DNA of 64,000 nucleotides from a bacterium (GCA_030704795.1 JAUYCZ010000028.1:19202-83201), one strand, 5' to 3'. Positions 16,821-27,056 are shown, counted from the stretch's first letter. Numbers and translations are program-made. Notes: generated from the letters alone by a model not told the origin.

Positions 16821-17155
16821 GCGATTTGGGTGATCTCAACTTCGGTGTAGAGCTGGCGGTGGCCAGCTTTTTTATGGTAGCGGACTTTGGGTTTGAATTT
16901 TTGGATGATTATCTTTTTACCTTTTCCCTGCGAAAGAACTTTTCCCACAACTTTAACATTTTTAACTACGGGTCGGCCGATTTCCACTTTTTTATCCTTT
17001 TCCACCAGGAAAACCTGGTCGAAAACGACTTCGCTGCCGACCGGCAATTCAAGTTTTTCGATTCTCAACTTTTGTCCGGGCGAAACCAAATACTGCTTAC
17101 CGCCCGTTTTTATGACCGCTAATTGGACATTTGGATTTAGGATTTGATTTGGCAT
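16817..17155 (-). CDS. rplU: 50S ribosomal protein L21
   Basis: VIKTGGKQYLVSPGQKLRIEKL. Confidence 0.85.
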   Translation of the reverse strand: MPNQILNPNVQLAVIKTGGKQYLVSPGQKLRIEKLELPVGSEVVFDQVFLVEKDKKVEIGRPVVKNVKVVGKVLSQGKGKKIIIQKFKPKVRYHKKAGHRQLYTEVEITQIA

Positions 17156-17204
17156 TTTGGTTTAGGAATTTGAAATTCAATTTTTAATCCTACCACATCT
17201 TTCT

Positions 17205-18257
17205 CTAATCTTCAAGCGGCTTGTCTAATTGCTTGACGTCGGCTTGCGGCTTGCCGTCGGTGATTTTGGCGATATCTTTGTCGATCTTGCCGAATTCTTT
17301 ATAGGCGTTGTTATAGGCGGAGACCGTTGTTCCTAAATTGTTTCCCAGTTTTTTCATATATTCCTCGTAACTACCCAGATGTTTTGAAAGCAGTTCCACT
17401 TTTTCTTTGATTTCCTGGGCGAATTTTTCAATCTTAAAACCGCGTAAGCCCTGCAAAATTGTCATCAAAATCGCGTAAAAAGTCGTTGGCGAAACAATCG
17501 TCACTCGTTTTTCATGAGCGTAATCAATTAAGTCGCGGCCGCTGGATTTTAAAGCGCCGCCGACGCGGCCATCTAAAAGGTCGGAATAAACGCCGTCCGC
17601 CGGAATGAACATCAGGGCGAAATCCATCGTCCCCTTTTGGGGCTGGACGTATTTGGAGGTTTCGTCAATGCGGTTTTTCAGGTCTTGGGAGAAGCTTTTT
17701 TCCAGTTCTTCTCGTCGTTCCGGACTCTGCTCCTGAGCCAAGCGGTTATAGTTTTCCAGGGAAAATTTTGAATCAATGGGAATAATTTTTTTGTCGGCAA
17801 AAATGACGGCGTCAACGATCAGTTCTTTGCCCGTGGCTTCATCCGTTCCCAGATTATATTGCTTCTGATATTGGCCGGCCGGCAGAATATTTTTGAGCAG
17901 ATTTTCCAAAAGAAATTCGCCCAAAATGCCCCGCTGTTTTGGATTTTTTAAGATATTTTCCAGCGTCAGGATTTTCTCGGTGTGGCCGATGACCTGTTTG
18001 GTTGCCTGATCAACTTGGCCGAGCTTTTCGTATACCTCGCTGATGATTTTGGCCGACTGGTTGAATTGGTTTTGGATCGTCTGATTTGACTCAGCCAGCC
18101 GGGTGTCCAAGGTTTGGCTCAATTGCCCCATTTGCTGCTGAAGCAAGGTTAAGGCTTCGTTTTTTTCCACAGGTTTTTTTCTCAATAGCAAAACAATTGT
18201 TCCAACCAAAGCCAGGACAATTAAGACCAAAACGAATAAAATTATTTCAGACATCAA
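17205..18257 (-). CDS. rmuC: DNA recombination protein RmuC
   Basis: N-terminal TM segment, coiled coil, and RmuC nuclease-like C-terminus (DFALMFIPADGVYS). Confidence 0.8.
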   Translation of the reverse strand: MMSEIILFVLVLIVLALVGTIVLLLRKKPVEKNEALTLLQQQMGQLSQTLDTRLAESNQTIQNQFNQSAKIISEVYEKLGQVDQATKQVIGHTEKILTLENILKNPKQRGILGEFLLENLLKNILPAGQYQKQYNLGTDEATGKELIVDAVIFADKKIIPIDSKFSLENYNRLAQEQSPERREELEKSFSQDLKNRIDETSKYVQPQKGTMDFALMFIPADGVYSDLLDGRVGGALKSSGRDLIDYAHEKRVTIVSPTTFYAILMTILQGLRGFKIEKFAQEIKEKVELLSKHLGSYEEYMKKLGNNLGTTVSAYNNAYKEFGKIDKDIAKITDGKPQADVKQLDKPLED

Positions 18258-18282
18258 TCGCTATTCTAGAACAATTATCTTT

Positions 18283-19227
18283 CTAGCGCAAGAAGATTTC
18301 CGAAAGGAGGAAAGCGATATAAAGACCGAGTAGAAATAAGCCTTCTTTTTTAGTTAATTTTTTATCGCTGCGTAAGAATATGAGAAAGAAAACAGCCGAG
18401 ATAATAAGAAAAGCCCGAGCGATAAGATAGGGAGAAAAATCATCGATTTTAATCGGTGAAATCAGAGCGACAATGCCCAAGACCAGGGTGGCGGGGATAA
18501 TGACCGAGCCCATCAGGTCTCCCAAAATCAGCCAGCCTTGTTTTTTTCTAGCCAAGAGAATAGTAAAATAGAGTTCCGGTAAACAGTTTCCCAATCCGAC
18601 AATCAAGATCCCGACGAGGCCTAGGGGAATCGCCAATTCTTTAGCGAAAAATGAGGCCGAACCGACAATGCCCTGGGAAGCTAAAAGGAGCAAGGTAATG
18701 CCCGCCATGAGGCTGACGATGTTTTTGAGAAACGCTTTGCCGTCATTGTTGGGGTGGTCGTGATAGATCTTGGAGAATCTTTCCTCTTTAGCAAAAAGCC
18801 AGAGTCCATAGAACAAAAAGGCAAAAATTAGAATCAGGCCGTCGAACCGGGAGATTTCTTTGTCAGCCGCTAAAATTAAGGGCAGGACAGCGATTCCCAG
18901 AGTGAAAACCGAACTCGTTTGCACCATTCGGCTTTCAGTTCGAATCCCCCGGCTTAAAAGAATGCCAATAGCCATCACTAAAGTTAAATCAATGACATTG
19001 CCGCCGAGAACATCGCCAAAAGACAGTTCCGGAATCCCCCTTAGAGCCGAGCTGATGCCGACAAAAAGATTAGGCAGAGAGCTGGCTAGGGACATTATTA
19101 TAAAACCGACAACAAACTCCCGCCATTTTAAAAACTTGGCCACTCGAATTAAGCCGTTAACGATCAGTCGGCCGGAAAAGATAAAAGAAAGGGAGGAGAG
19201 GAGAAAGATGATGATATGAAAAACCAT
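18283..19227 (-). CDS. Ca2+/Na+ antiporter (CaCA/YrbG family)
   Basis: Two alpha-repeats (GDVLGGNVIDL and GLGNCLPELY) and about 10 TM segments. Confidence 0.75.
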   Translation of the reverse strand: MVFHIIIFLLSSLSFIFSGRLIVNGLIRVAKFLKWREFVVGFIIMSLASSLPNLFVGISSALRGIPELSFGDVLGGNVIDLTLVMAIGILLSRGIRTESRMVQTSSVFTLGIAVLPLILAADKEISRFDGLILIFAFLFYGLWLFAKEERFSKIYHDHPNNDGKAFLKNIVSLMAGITLLLLASQGIVGSASFFAKELAIPLGLVGILIVGLGNCLPELYFTILLARKKQGWLILGDLMGSVIIPATLVLGIVALISPIKIDDFSPYLIARAFLIISAVFFLIFLRSDKKLTKKEGLFLLGLYIAFLLSEIFLR

Positions 19228-19233
19228 GGATTA

Positions 19234-20346
19234 TTATTTTAATGAGTAGATTATCCCATACCCCATTCCCAGCACGAAAACCAGAATTAAAGGATAAGCC
19301 AGCCACCATTTCTCCGGCTTGATTTTCTTATACATCAGCAAAATCAGAATTCCCTCCAGGCCCATGGCCACCCCGCCAACCAGGCTGATGACGGAAAGAA
19401 AATCTTGGAAACCCCAGAGAAACAGTAAAAGCGGGACAGCCGCCGTCAGCCAGAAAGAAACCGAGGAGTTAATCTTAAAATCAAAAGTAAAAACTTTTCT
19501 TATGGTCAGGCCGAGGGCAATAAAAGAGGTAAAGGTAGTCAGAATGCCCAAGACGTAACCCAGATTGATAATCCCCTCTCCCAGAAAGGGCTTTAAGCCA
19601 GAAATGGCGTCTGGGGAAGTTGCTTGGCCGGAAATGCCGGTAATGGTGATAACAAAAAAAAGATAAACCAGAATCGGAATGAGAATGCCGGCAAGAATCG
19701 TTTTTCCCAAAAGCCGTTTGTCCCGTCCCAGCATCTCTTCGATCTCCGGAATCATCGTCGCTCCCCAAAGAGCGAAAAGAATCGGGCCGTAAGGCAGGAA
19801 AAAGTTATCGAGACTCGGGCGGCTCGCGGCGAGAAGATTCGAGAATTTAAAAAACGGCAAACCGCTTAAAGAAATGACAAAAAGGATTAAAAACAGGACG
19901 GCGAGGAAGAGAACGTCGAGTTTGGCGATCGATTTGATGCCAAAATAAATAAAAATGATGCCCAATCCAAAATAAATCAGGCTATAGAGAAATTCGCTTC
20001 CGCCCAAGGCCGGTTCTAAAAGACCGTTGAGAAACTTTCCGCCAATAAGCATGTAGACCAAAAGGGCGCCGAAGGTGCCCAGGATCATTGATAGGCCGGC
20101 CAGCTTTTTCCAGCCGGAACCCAGGTGTCTCTCAACATAACCCGGCAACCTCAAAAAATCCGGAGTTTCTAAAGCGACCTGGCCGAAAATCCAATGGATT
20201 AAAATGACGATTCCGCCCAGAACCGAGAAATACGCCAACATCGTCCAGATGCCGACTTGGGTGGCGACATAAGGCAGGACAAAAAAACCAACGCCAATAA
20301 TGGTGCCGGCCAGAGTTGAGATAGCAAAAATAAAGTTTTTAATCAC
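19234..20346 (-). CDS. Amino-acid permease-like transporter
   Basis: 370 aa, polytopic, with an aromatic/neutral amino-acid permease-like pattern. Substrate unknown. Confidence 0.5.
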   Translation of the reverse strand: MIKNFIFAISTLAGTIIGVGFFVLPYVATQVGIWTMLAYFSVLGGIVILIHWIFGQVALETPDFLRLPGYVERHLGSGWKKLAGLSMILGTFGALLVYMLIGGKFLNGLLEPALGGSEFLYSLIYFGLGIIFIYFGIKSIAKLDVLFLAVLFLILFVISLSGLPFFKFSNLLAASRPSLDNFFLPYGPILFALWGATMIPEIEEMLGRDKRLLGKTILAGILIPILVYLFFVITITGISGQATSPDAISGLKPFLGEGIINLGYVLGILTTFTSFIALGLTIRKVFTFDFKINSSVSFWLTAAVPLLLFLWGFQDFLSVISLVGGVAMGLEGILILLMYKKIKPEKWWLAYPLILVFVLGMGYGIIYSLK

Positions 20347-22939
20347 GTTTGTTTTTAACGATAAAATAATATTTTGCCAATTCGATCAAGAAAACATTAA
20401 GCAGGCCAAGGCCGAGAATGATTTTCCAGCTGGCCAGGGGCAAAGGAACGGTGCCGAGGAGAAGATTCAGGGGTTTAAAGTACAAAGCCGCCAGTAGGGC
20501 AGCCATTCCGAAAAACCACGCCCCGATTAACATTTTATTATCAAAAGGGTTTATTTGCCAGAGGTTTCTTCTTAAGGATTTGCAGGAAAAGACATATAAA
20601 AGCGAACTAATGCCAAGGATGGCGAAGATCATTGTTCTGAGATATTCCAAGGGATAATTCTGCTTTAAGAGCCAGAAAAATACCGCCATCAGGATCAAAT
20701 TAGTAAAGAGGCCGATGATAAAAATTATCGTCTTCATTTCCGGAGTGAGAAGAGGGGCTTGGTGGCCCTTTGGTTTTTGCGACAGGGCGTCCTTTTCCTG
20801 AGGCTCGAAAGCCAAAGCCAAATTGGGCAGACCGTCTTCAATCAGGTTTATCCATAAAATCTGGACTCCAGTAATGGGCAAAGGGACCTTGGCGATAATG
20901 GCGGCCGTCACGAGCAGGATTTCCGTAAAACTATCAGAGAGTAAATAAGTGATTATTTTTCTGATGTTGTCAATGATCGCCCTGCCTTCTTTAACCGCGG
21001 CCGTGATAATGGCAAAACTGTCATTGAGTAAAACTAGATCCGCGGTTTCTTTGGCGACTTCGGTTCCCGAACCCAAAACGATGCCGATATCCGCTTTTTT
21101 TAGAGCCGGCGCGTCATTGACCCCGTCCCCGGTCATGGCCACCACTTCTCCTTTTTTCTGCCAGGCGCTAACAATTTTGAGCTTTTGCTCGGGCTCCATC
21201 CGGTAGTAGATTTTAATATCATCGATGATTTTCTCCAGTTCGGTTTCGGAAAGTTTTTCCAGTTCTTCGCCGGAAAGAATATTTTTTCCCTCAATTTTAA
21301 AACCGAGCTCTTCCGCCACCGCTTTGGCGGTTAATTGGTGGTCACCAGTGGCGAAAATCACTTTAATTCCCCCGGCCTCGCACTCTTTAATTGCCTCTTT
21401 AACCTCTTTTCTGACCGGATCTTTGAGAGCGATCAGGCCGGTAAATGTCAGGTTTTCGGCCATTGCCTCAAGCGGCAAGTTTATGACTTCTTCCGGGGAG
21501 ATTTGGCGGAAAGCCGTGGCCAGAACCCGCCAGCCTTTTGAGGTCATTTCTTCTAGTTTTTTGCGCTTCTCCGGCGCATTCGCCGACGAATCAGAAGATT
21601 TTTCAAAAATTATTTCCGGCGCGCCCAAAAAGTAAATAATATTACCTTCCGGAGTTTGTCTCAAACTGGCCGAATATTTGTAGAGCGGGCTAAACAAAGC
21701 CTCTCTGATTTCCGGCTCTTTTTTCTCAAGCTCTTTTTTGTCCAAGCCGGCTTTGGCGGCCGCTAAAACAAGAGCTTTTTCTGTCGCTTCTCCTCTGACG
21801 ATCCATTGATCTTCAGGGTCTTGCGGATTTTCGAGAAAAGCCCGGCTGCAGGCCAGGCCGATTTTTAAAGGCAAAAGAAAGTTTTCCGGTCCTTCGACTC
21901 GGCTCAGGACAGGCCAGATTTCGGCCACCGCCATTTTTGCTTCTGTCAGGGTGCCGGTTTTGTCGGTAATGATGACAGTCGTGCTGCCCAAGGTCTCGGC
22001 CGAGACCAGTTTTTTTACCAACCCTTGTTTCTTTAAGATTCTTTGCATGCCCAGGGCCAGCACAACGGTCATGGCGATGGGCAGGCCTTCGGGAATGGCG
22101 GCGATCGCCACGGCCAGGCTGACGGTAAACATTTCAATAAATTCTTTGCCGGCGAGAATTCCTTGAAGAAAAACACCAGCGCAAATTAAGCTAATAAAAA
22201 TAGCGACAATTTTTGAAAAACGCGCCAGTTTTTTTTGGTAAGGCGTTTTTTCCTCTTTGATTTCTTTGATTAAGCCGGCAATTTTCCCTAATTGGGTGTG
22301 GCGGCCGGTCTCGATCACCACCGCCTGGCCGCTTCCTTCTTCAACAACGGTGCCGGCAAAAACCAGATTTTTCCTTTCGGCCAGGGGTGTTTGGCTGGGC
22401 AGAGCGTCCGTGTTTTTTCTTGAAGGCAGCCATTCTCCGGTCAGGATTGATTCATTGAGGCTTAAATCGCGACCGTCAATCACTCGGGCGTCGGCAGAAA
22501 CCTTATCCCCCGGATTTAAAATAATAATGTCTCCGGGTACCAAGTCTTGAGCATCGATCAGTTTAAAACTCCCCTTTCTTAAGACCTGGGCCTCAAGTTT
22601 TATTATTTTTCTTAATTCTGCCAGAGTTTTCGTGGCTTTTCTTTCCTGAAAAAAACCGACAACGGTGTTTAAAAAAACCGCGGCAAAAATGATGGCGGCG
22701 TCGGTCAACGCTCTAAAAAACAAGGTCACGACTCCTCCGATCGCCAGGATATAAATTAAGGGGCTGCGAAACTGCTCGAGAAAAATTCTTAAATCAGAAA
22801 ACAGCTTTTCTTGGGGCAGCTGGTTCCGGCCGAATTTTTCCTGCCTTATTTTTACTTCTTCTTGAGTCAGGCCGGTTTCTGGATTAGTTTCTAGCTTTTC
22901 CAGCGTCTCTTCGATTGTCAGACTGTGCCACATTTCCAT
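20339..22939 (-). CDS. P-type cation-transporting ATPase (type IIA, Ca2+-ATPase-like)
   Basis: Motifs DKTGTLT, TGDGVNDAPALK and IPEGLP in M4. Confidence 0.85.
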   Translation of the reverse strand: MEMWHSLTIEETLEKLETNPETGLTQEEVKIRQEKFGRNQLPQEKLFSDLRIFLEQFRSPLIYILAIGGVVTLFFRALTDAAIIFAAVFLNTVVGFFQERKATKTLAELRKIIKLEAQVLRKGSFKLIDAQDLVPGDIIILNPGDKVSADARVIDGRDLSLNESILTGEWLPSRKNTDALPSQTPLAERKNLVFAGTVVEEGSGQAVVIETGRHTQLGKIAGLIKEIKEEKTPYQKKLARFSKIVAIFISLICAGVFLQGILAGKEFIEMFTVSLAVAIAAIPEGLPIAMTVVLALGMQRILKKQGLVKKLVSAETLGSTTVIITDKTGTLTEAKMAVAEIWPVLSRVEGPENFLLPLKIGLACSRAFLENPQDPEDQWIVRGEATEKALVLAAAKAGLDKKELEKKEPEIREALFSPLYKYSASLRQTPEGNIIYFLGAPEIIFEKSSDSSANAPEKRKKLEEMTSKGWRVLATAFRQISPEEVINLPLEAMAENLTFTGLIALKDPVRKEVKEAIKECEAGGIKVIFATGDHQLTAKAVAEELGFKIEGKNILSGEELEKLSETELEKIIDDIKIYYRMEPEQKLKIVSAWQKKGEVVAMTGDGVNDAPALKKADIGIVLGSGTEVAKETADLVLLNDSFAIITAAVKEGRAIIDNIRKIITYLLSDSFTEILLVTAAIIAKVPLPITGVQILWINLIEDGLPNLALAFEPQEKDALSQKPKGHQAPLLTPEMKTIIFIIGLFTNLILMAVFFWLLKQNYPLEYLRTMIFAILGISSLLYVFSCKSLRRNLWQINPFDNKMLIGAWFFGMAALLAALYFKPLNLLLGTVPLPLASWKIILGLGLLNVFLIELAKYYFIVKNKRD

Positions 22940-23750
22940 ACTTAGTGTTTAAGCTCGGAGTTTGACAGGACGGGCAGAAAAAGGTGCCTCGGCCGCCGAG
23001 ATTAATTCTTTTGATAATTGTCCCGCACTTTTGGCATTTCTCGCCATCTTTTTGATAAACCCGGAAATGTTTTTGATATGAGCCGGGGCTGGTATCGGGT
23101 TTAATATAGGCTCCGTCAGCCGCCGAAGAGCCTTCGTAAAGAATTCCTTCTTTGAGAACCAAAATAATTGCTTCGCGAAGTTTTTTTATTTCCATTGGCC
23201 TCAGATTTTTTGCCGGCCTTTCGGGATAAATTTCTGCCTCCCAAAGAGCGTCGTTAGCGTAGATATTGCCGATGCCGGCAATTTTCTCCTGATCCAGTAA
23301 GACCAACTTTATTGGTTTGGTCGTTTTGGAAAAAACTTGTTTTAGATATTCATTGGTAAAATCCGGCCAAAACGGCTCCGGTCCCAGTTTTGTCAGTTCC
23401 AACTCTGAGCTCTTAACTATCTTCATCCAGCCGAATTTCCTTAAATCGTTAAAAAACAACTTTCCTTGGTTAAACGAGACGATCACGCGAGTTGCCCGGT
23501 CAGGATTTTTTTGCGTTACTACAAGCTGACCAGTCAGTTTTAAATGAATCAAAAGACTTTTGTTATTAGAGAGATTGATAATTAAATTTTTTCCCCGCCT
23601 TGCAATGCTAATAATTTTAACCCCAATCACCTCTTTGGGATTGTCGGGAAACTGCTTTTTTGACAAAATCTCAACACCAATGATTGTCTTCCCCACAATC
23701 GCCCTCTGTAAGTAACGTTTAATTGTTTCCACTTCCGGTAGCTCGGGCAT
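22884..23750 (-). CDS. mutM: Formamidopyrimidine-DNA glycosylase
   Basis: MPELPEVE N-terminus and zinc finger CQKCG...CPSCQ. The 3' tail overlaps the ATPase start by 56 nt. Confidence 0.85.
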   Translation of the reverse strand: MPELPEVETIKRYLQRAIVGKTIIGVEILSKKQFPDNPKEVIGVKIISIARRGKNLIINLSNNKSLLIHLKLTGQLVVTQKNPDRATRVIVSFNQGKLFFNDLRKFGWMKIVKSSELELTKLGPEPFWPDFTNEYLKQVFSKTTKPIKLVLLDQEKIAGIGNIYANDALWEAEIYPERPAKNLRPMEIKKLREAIILVLKEGILYEGSSAADGAYIKPDTSPGSYQKHFRVYQKDGEKCQKCGTIIKRINLGGRGTFFCPSCQTPSLNTKYGNVAQSDNRRDAGKARN

Positions 23751-23816
23751 ATATTAACTTTACACGATTAACGGCGAAAGTTGAAGCAATGGAAAAAATG
23801 TTGTATAACAGGCTTG

Positions 23817-24851
23817 ATGAATAATAACGATAAGAAACTCCAGATGTACTTTTTTGCCGTCCTGTTTTTAGGCGTTTTGTTTTTGGCGGTTTTTGTCTTT
23901 CTGCCATTTTTTATTCCGCTTTCGGTTGCCGCGGCGCTGGCGATTCTCTGCCGACCGTTCTACGAGCGGGTTGTCCGCTTAACCTACGGTCGCGAAGGTC
24001 TGTCAGCGTTTTTGACGGTTGTCGCGATGGTTCTTATTCTCTTGGCGCCGCTGACGCTCATCGGTATGATGGTGTTTCAAGAGGCGCGGGAACTTTCCCT
24101 GCAAATCAGTCCCTCGGGCGGAACGCTCGGGACCTTCGGCCTGCCGGCATTCATCGAAGAACAAGCGGCCCGCTTCTTTCCCGAGTTTTCATTGAATTTT
24201 AATGCCTATGCCCGTCAGGTCGTCAATTGGCTGGTGCAAAATCTCGGGATGATTTTTGCGGGAATCGTCCAGGTTTTGCTCAGCCTCTTTTTGGGCCTTA
24301 TGGCGTTTTACTACTTTCTTAAAGACGGCAGGAAACTGATCCATGCCGTTATGGCGCTTAGCCCTTTGCCGGACGAGCATGATCGGGAAATTTTAACTAA
24401 ACTCACAAACGCCATCAATTCTGTTATCAGGGGTTCGCTGGTTGTCGCCGCCATTCAGGGAATTTTATCAGGCGTTGGCTTGGCTATTTTTGGAGTTCCT
24501 AATCCCGCACTTTTCGGCAGTATCGCGGCCGTGGCGGCATTGATTCCGGGCATCGGGACCAGCTTGGTGCTTCTGCCCGCCATCGCCTATCTTTTTATCG
24601 CCGGTTCAATCGCTCCCGCCGTCGGCCTTCTCGTCTGGGCGGTTGTCATTGTCGGGCTGGTTGACAATATCCTGGGGCCGAAACTGATGGGACAAGGAAT
24701 TCCCGTTCACCCCTTTTTAATTCTTCTTTCGGTCATTGGCGGCTTGGGATTTTTTGGCCCGATCGGCTTTTTGCTCGGCCCCCTTGTTATTAGCCTGCTT
24801 TTTGCTTTAATTGAAATATATCGCCTGTATAATGCAAAGAAAACATTTTGA
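23817..24851 (+). CDS. AI-2E family transporter (PerM/UPF0118)
   Basis: Polytopic with a typical AI-2E C-terminal core. 23817 is the first ATG; the track start at 23781 is TTG. Confidence 0.7.
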   Translation: MNNNDKKLQMYFFAVLFLGVLFLAVFVFLPFFIPLSVAAALAILCRPFYERVVRLTYGREGLSAFLTVVAMVLILLAPLTLIGMMVFQEARELSLQISPSGGTLGTFGLPAFIEEQAARFFPEFSLNFNAYARQVVNWLVQNLGMIFAGIVQVLLSLFLGLMAFYYFLKDGRKLIHAVMALSPLPDEHDREILTKLTNAINSVIRGSLVVAAIQGILSGVGLAIFGVPNPALFGSIAAVAALIPGIGTSLVLLPAIAYLFIAGSIAPAVGLLVWAVVIVGLVDNILGPKLMGQGIPVHPFLILLSVIGGLGFFGPIGFLLGPLVISLLFALIEIYRLYNAKKTF

Positions 24852-24950
24852 GCGATTCATTCGCGACTCGATCCGATCACTGCCTCCCCTATTTTTCTAT
24901 ATAGTATAATAGAAATAGTAAGGTCGAAGAATAAGTTATATCGTAATCGC

Positions 24951-24976
24951 TATAGCGGGCAGAATGCCCGATATGC
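24951..24976. repeat. TATAGCG-hairpin-CGATAT motif (family 4 copy)
   Basis: TATAGCGGGCAGAATGCCCGATATGC, flanked by direct CGTAATCGC, 10 nt before the ATG at 24986. Confidence 0.6.
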
Positions 24977-24985
24977 GTAATCGCC

Positions 24986-25405
24986 ATGAAAACAAAATTA
25001 TTATTACTCTTTTTTCTGCTGGTCGTCTTGGCCGGGGCTTTTTTGGTCGTTAAAAACAGCCAATTTTTCTTAAAACTTCTTCCGGGCAGCACCCAAAGTC
25101 CTTCGGGCGGCGGGATTTGGTCCGGTCAAGGGGTAAGATTGTCTTTCACCGATCTCCAGACCGGCCAGGTCAAAAAGACGCTTCTGGCTTCAGAGAGTTC
25201 TTTGCCCGTCGAGATTTCGGGCTTGGACGTCAAAGTCAAAGACAGCGATTATAAAACCTATGTTTTGATGGTTGTCGGGAAAAGGGACGGGAGCAAGGAA
25301 GGCGAATTCATCCTTCGCTCCGGCGAATCCGCTATTTTCGAAGGCGTCAAGATCGAAACCGACGAGTTCATCAACTCGCCTTGTCCTCCGGGAGCCAAGT
25401 GTTAG
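24986..25405 (+). CDS. Hypothetical exported/membrane-anchored protein
   Basis: N-terminal hydrophobic segment KLLLLFFLLVVLAGAFLV. Confidence 0.5.
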   Translation: MKTKLLLLFFLLVVLAGAFLVVKNSQFFLKLLPGSTQSPSGGGIWSGQGVRLSFTDLQTGQVKKTLLASESSLPVEISGLDVKVKDSDYKTYVLMVVGKRDGSKEGEFILRSGESAIFEGVKIETDEFINSPCPPGAKC

Positions 25406-25419
25406 CATCAAAAGAAAAA

Positions 25420-25446
25420 GTCGGACATCGCATGTCCGACTTTTTA
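25420..25446. terminator. Bidirectional hairpin terminator (sequence recurs at 55010)
   Basis: GTCGGACAT-CGC-ATGTCCGAC plus TTTTT, between convergent genes. Confidence 0.75.
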
Positions 25447-26988
25447 TGATTTGAACTTCTCCAGAGCTTGCCGGCAGAATTCCTCATGGCCGGGATAGAC
25501 ATTTCTGGTTTTCATTTCGTCTAGTTTCAAGAATTCCATCTTCTGGCCTTCAAAGCATTCTGTTTTTTGTTGCCCGTCGTAGACGGTCCAGAAAATGTGG
25601 CGCGTGATCTTCTGGCCGCCCGGCAGAGAATAAACTTCTTCGGCCAAAAGACTTAAAGAATCAGCCTCGTAGCCCGTTTCTTCTTTTAACTCGCGGCGCG
25701 CGGCGGTTTCGGGTTCTTCACCCACCTCGACTTTGCCGCCGGGCAGGCACCAGCAATTCGGAAAAACGATATTAACTTTATTATCCCGGTGTTGCATCAG
25801 GACGGCGCCGTCTTCTCTGATCAAAATCACGCCGGCTGATTTCAACCCTTCTTCTTTGGCAAAACCCAGTTGTCCGAGCAACAAGAGGCCTAAAGCCCCC
25901 CAGACAAAGGCTAAAATCCAATCAGGGCGGGAAAGATTCATCAAAGGAATTAGGGTTAAAGCGGCCAAAAAAGACCCCGAATGAAGAGCGATTTCTCGGG
26001 CCAGGAAAAACTCCAGACGCTTGGTCTGGACCGCCGTATAATAGCTCAGACGGTCTAAAGGGATCCAGATGAAAATTCCGACTAATTCATAAATCAAATT
26101 AACCGAGAAAAGGAAAAACGGTCCGCCGAAAAACGGGCGGACCAGCCAGTTGATAAAGTTCAAAGGAACGCTCCAGCGGAAAACTTTGTTGCCAAAACGG
26201 TCCGTTAGCTTGCCGGCCGCCATCAATAAAATAAATGAAGCCAGGAGCGAGACCGAGGTGATGGCGCCGAGGAATTGGTAAGAACCGATGAGAAGGAAAA
26301 CATAGAGCGGCCAGATAATGTCATAGACCTGGGTGGTGATACCCGCGCCGAAATAGCCCAGAAAGAGACGAGGCATCTGTTTAAAAGGCAGGTTTTCTTT
26401 CAGGGTTTTTAAAGAAATATCCGGAAACTTGAATTCATACTTATCGAAGAAAAGAGGGAAACCCGAAATGATAATCAGGAAAAGACCCAATAAATAAAGA
26501 GGGGTAAAACCGGCCGTTTGAATGATTAAGCCGCCGATGATCGGTCCGGCAATAACGGCGAGTTTGGCCACGAGGCTGATTCGGGCCGCGTCCTGGCCAA
26601 AGTTCATTTTGTGATCCGAGCCAACAACGCTCAGATGAAACGGCAACCAATAAAGGGGCACCGCCAATCCCCAGAAGATGGCCGCCCAAAGGAAAAAGAC
26701 AGGATTTCTTTCGGCCAGAATTAAAAAAATAATGAAGAGGGCGCGGGGAATGGTTCCGGAAAAAGCAATCCAGTCTGAGCCGAACTTGGCCACCAAGCGG
26801 GCAATCGGCAAGGTAAAAACCACGATGGTCAGATTGAAAACCAAATAGAAGGCCAGAACCCAGCCCAATCCCTGGGTAATCTTAAAGATGTAGAGCGGGA
26901 TGAAGATTCCCACCAGAGAAAAGCCGAATTGCAGCAGAAAGTTGCTGGCATATAGACCGCCCAAACCAGGCAAGAAGATCCTTTTCAT
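25444..26988 (-). CDS. MFS-type transporter fused to a C-terminal NUDIX hydrolase domain
   Basis: About 12 TM segments, then the Nudix box GGKVEVGEEPETAARRELKEETGY. I prefer the ATG at 26988; the track start at 27069 is GTG. Confidence 0.7.
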   Translation of the reverse strand: MKRIFLPGLGGLYASNFLLQFGFSLVGIFIPLYIFKITQGLGWVLAFYLVFNLTIVVFTLPIARLVAKFGSDWIAFSGTIPRALFIIFLILAERNPVFFLWAAIFWGLAVPLYWLPFHLSVVGSDHKMNFGQDAARISLVAKLAVIAGPIIGGLIIQTAGFTPLYLLGLFLIIISGFPLFFDKYEFKFPDISLKTLKENLPFKQMPRLFLGYFGAGITTQVYDIIWPLYVFLLIGSYQFLGAITSVSLLASFILLMAAGKLTDRFGNKVFRWSVPLNFINWLVRPFFGGPFFLFSVNLIYELVGIFIWIPLDRLSYYTAVQTKRLEFFLAREIALHSGSFLAALTLIPLMNLSRPDWILAFVWGALGLLLLGQLGFAKEEGLKSAGVILIREDGAVLMQHRDNKVNIVFPNCWCLPGGKVEVGEEPETAARRELKEETGYEADSLSLLAEEVYSLPGGQKITRHIFWTVYDGQQKTECFEGQKMEFLKLDEMKTRNVYPGHEEFCRQALEKFKS

Positions 26989-27056
26989 ATTATCTATAAC
27001 AAAATAAAATTTTGATATGTCTACTGACCATCTTAACACAAACTGAAATTCGGAGT

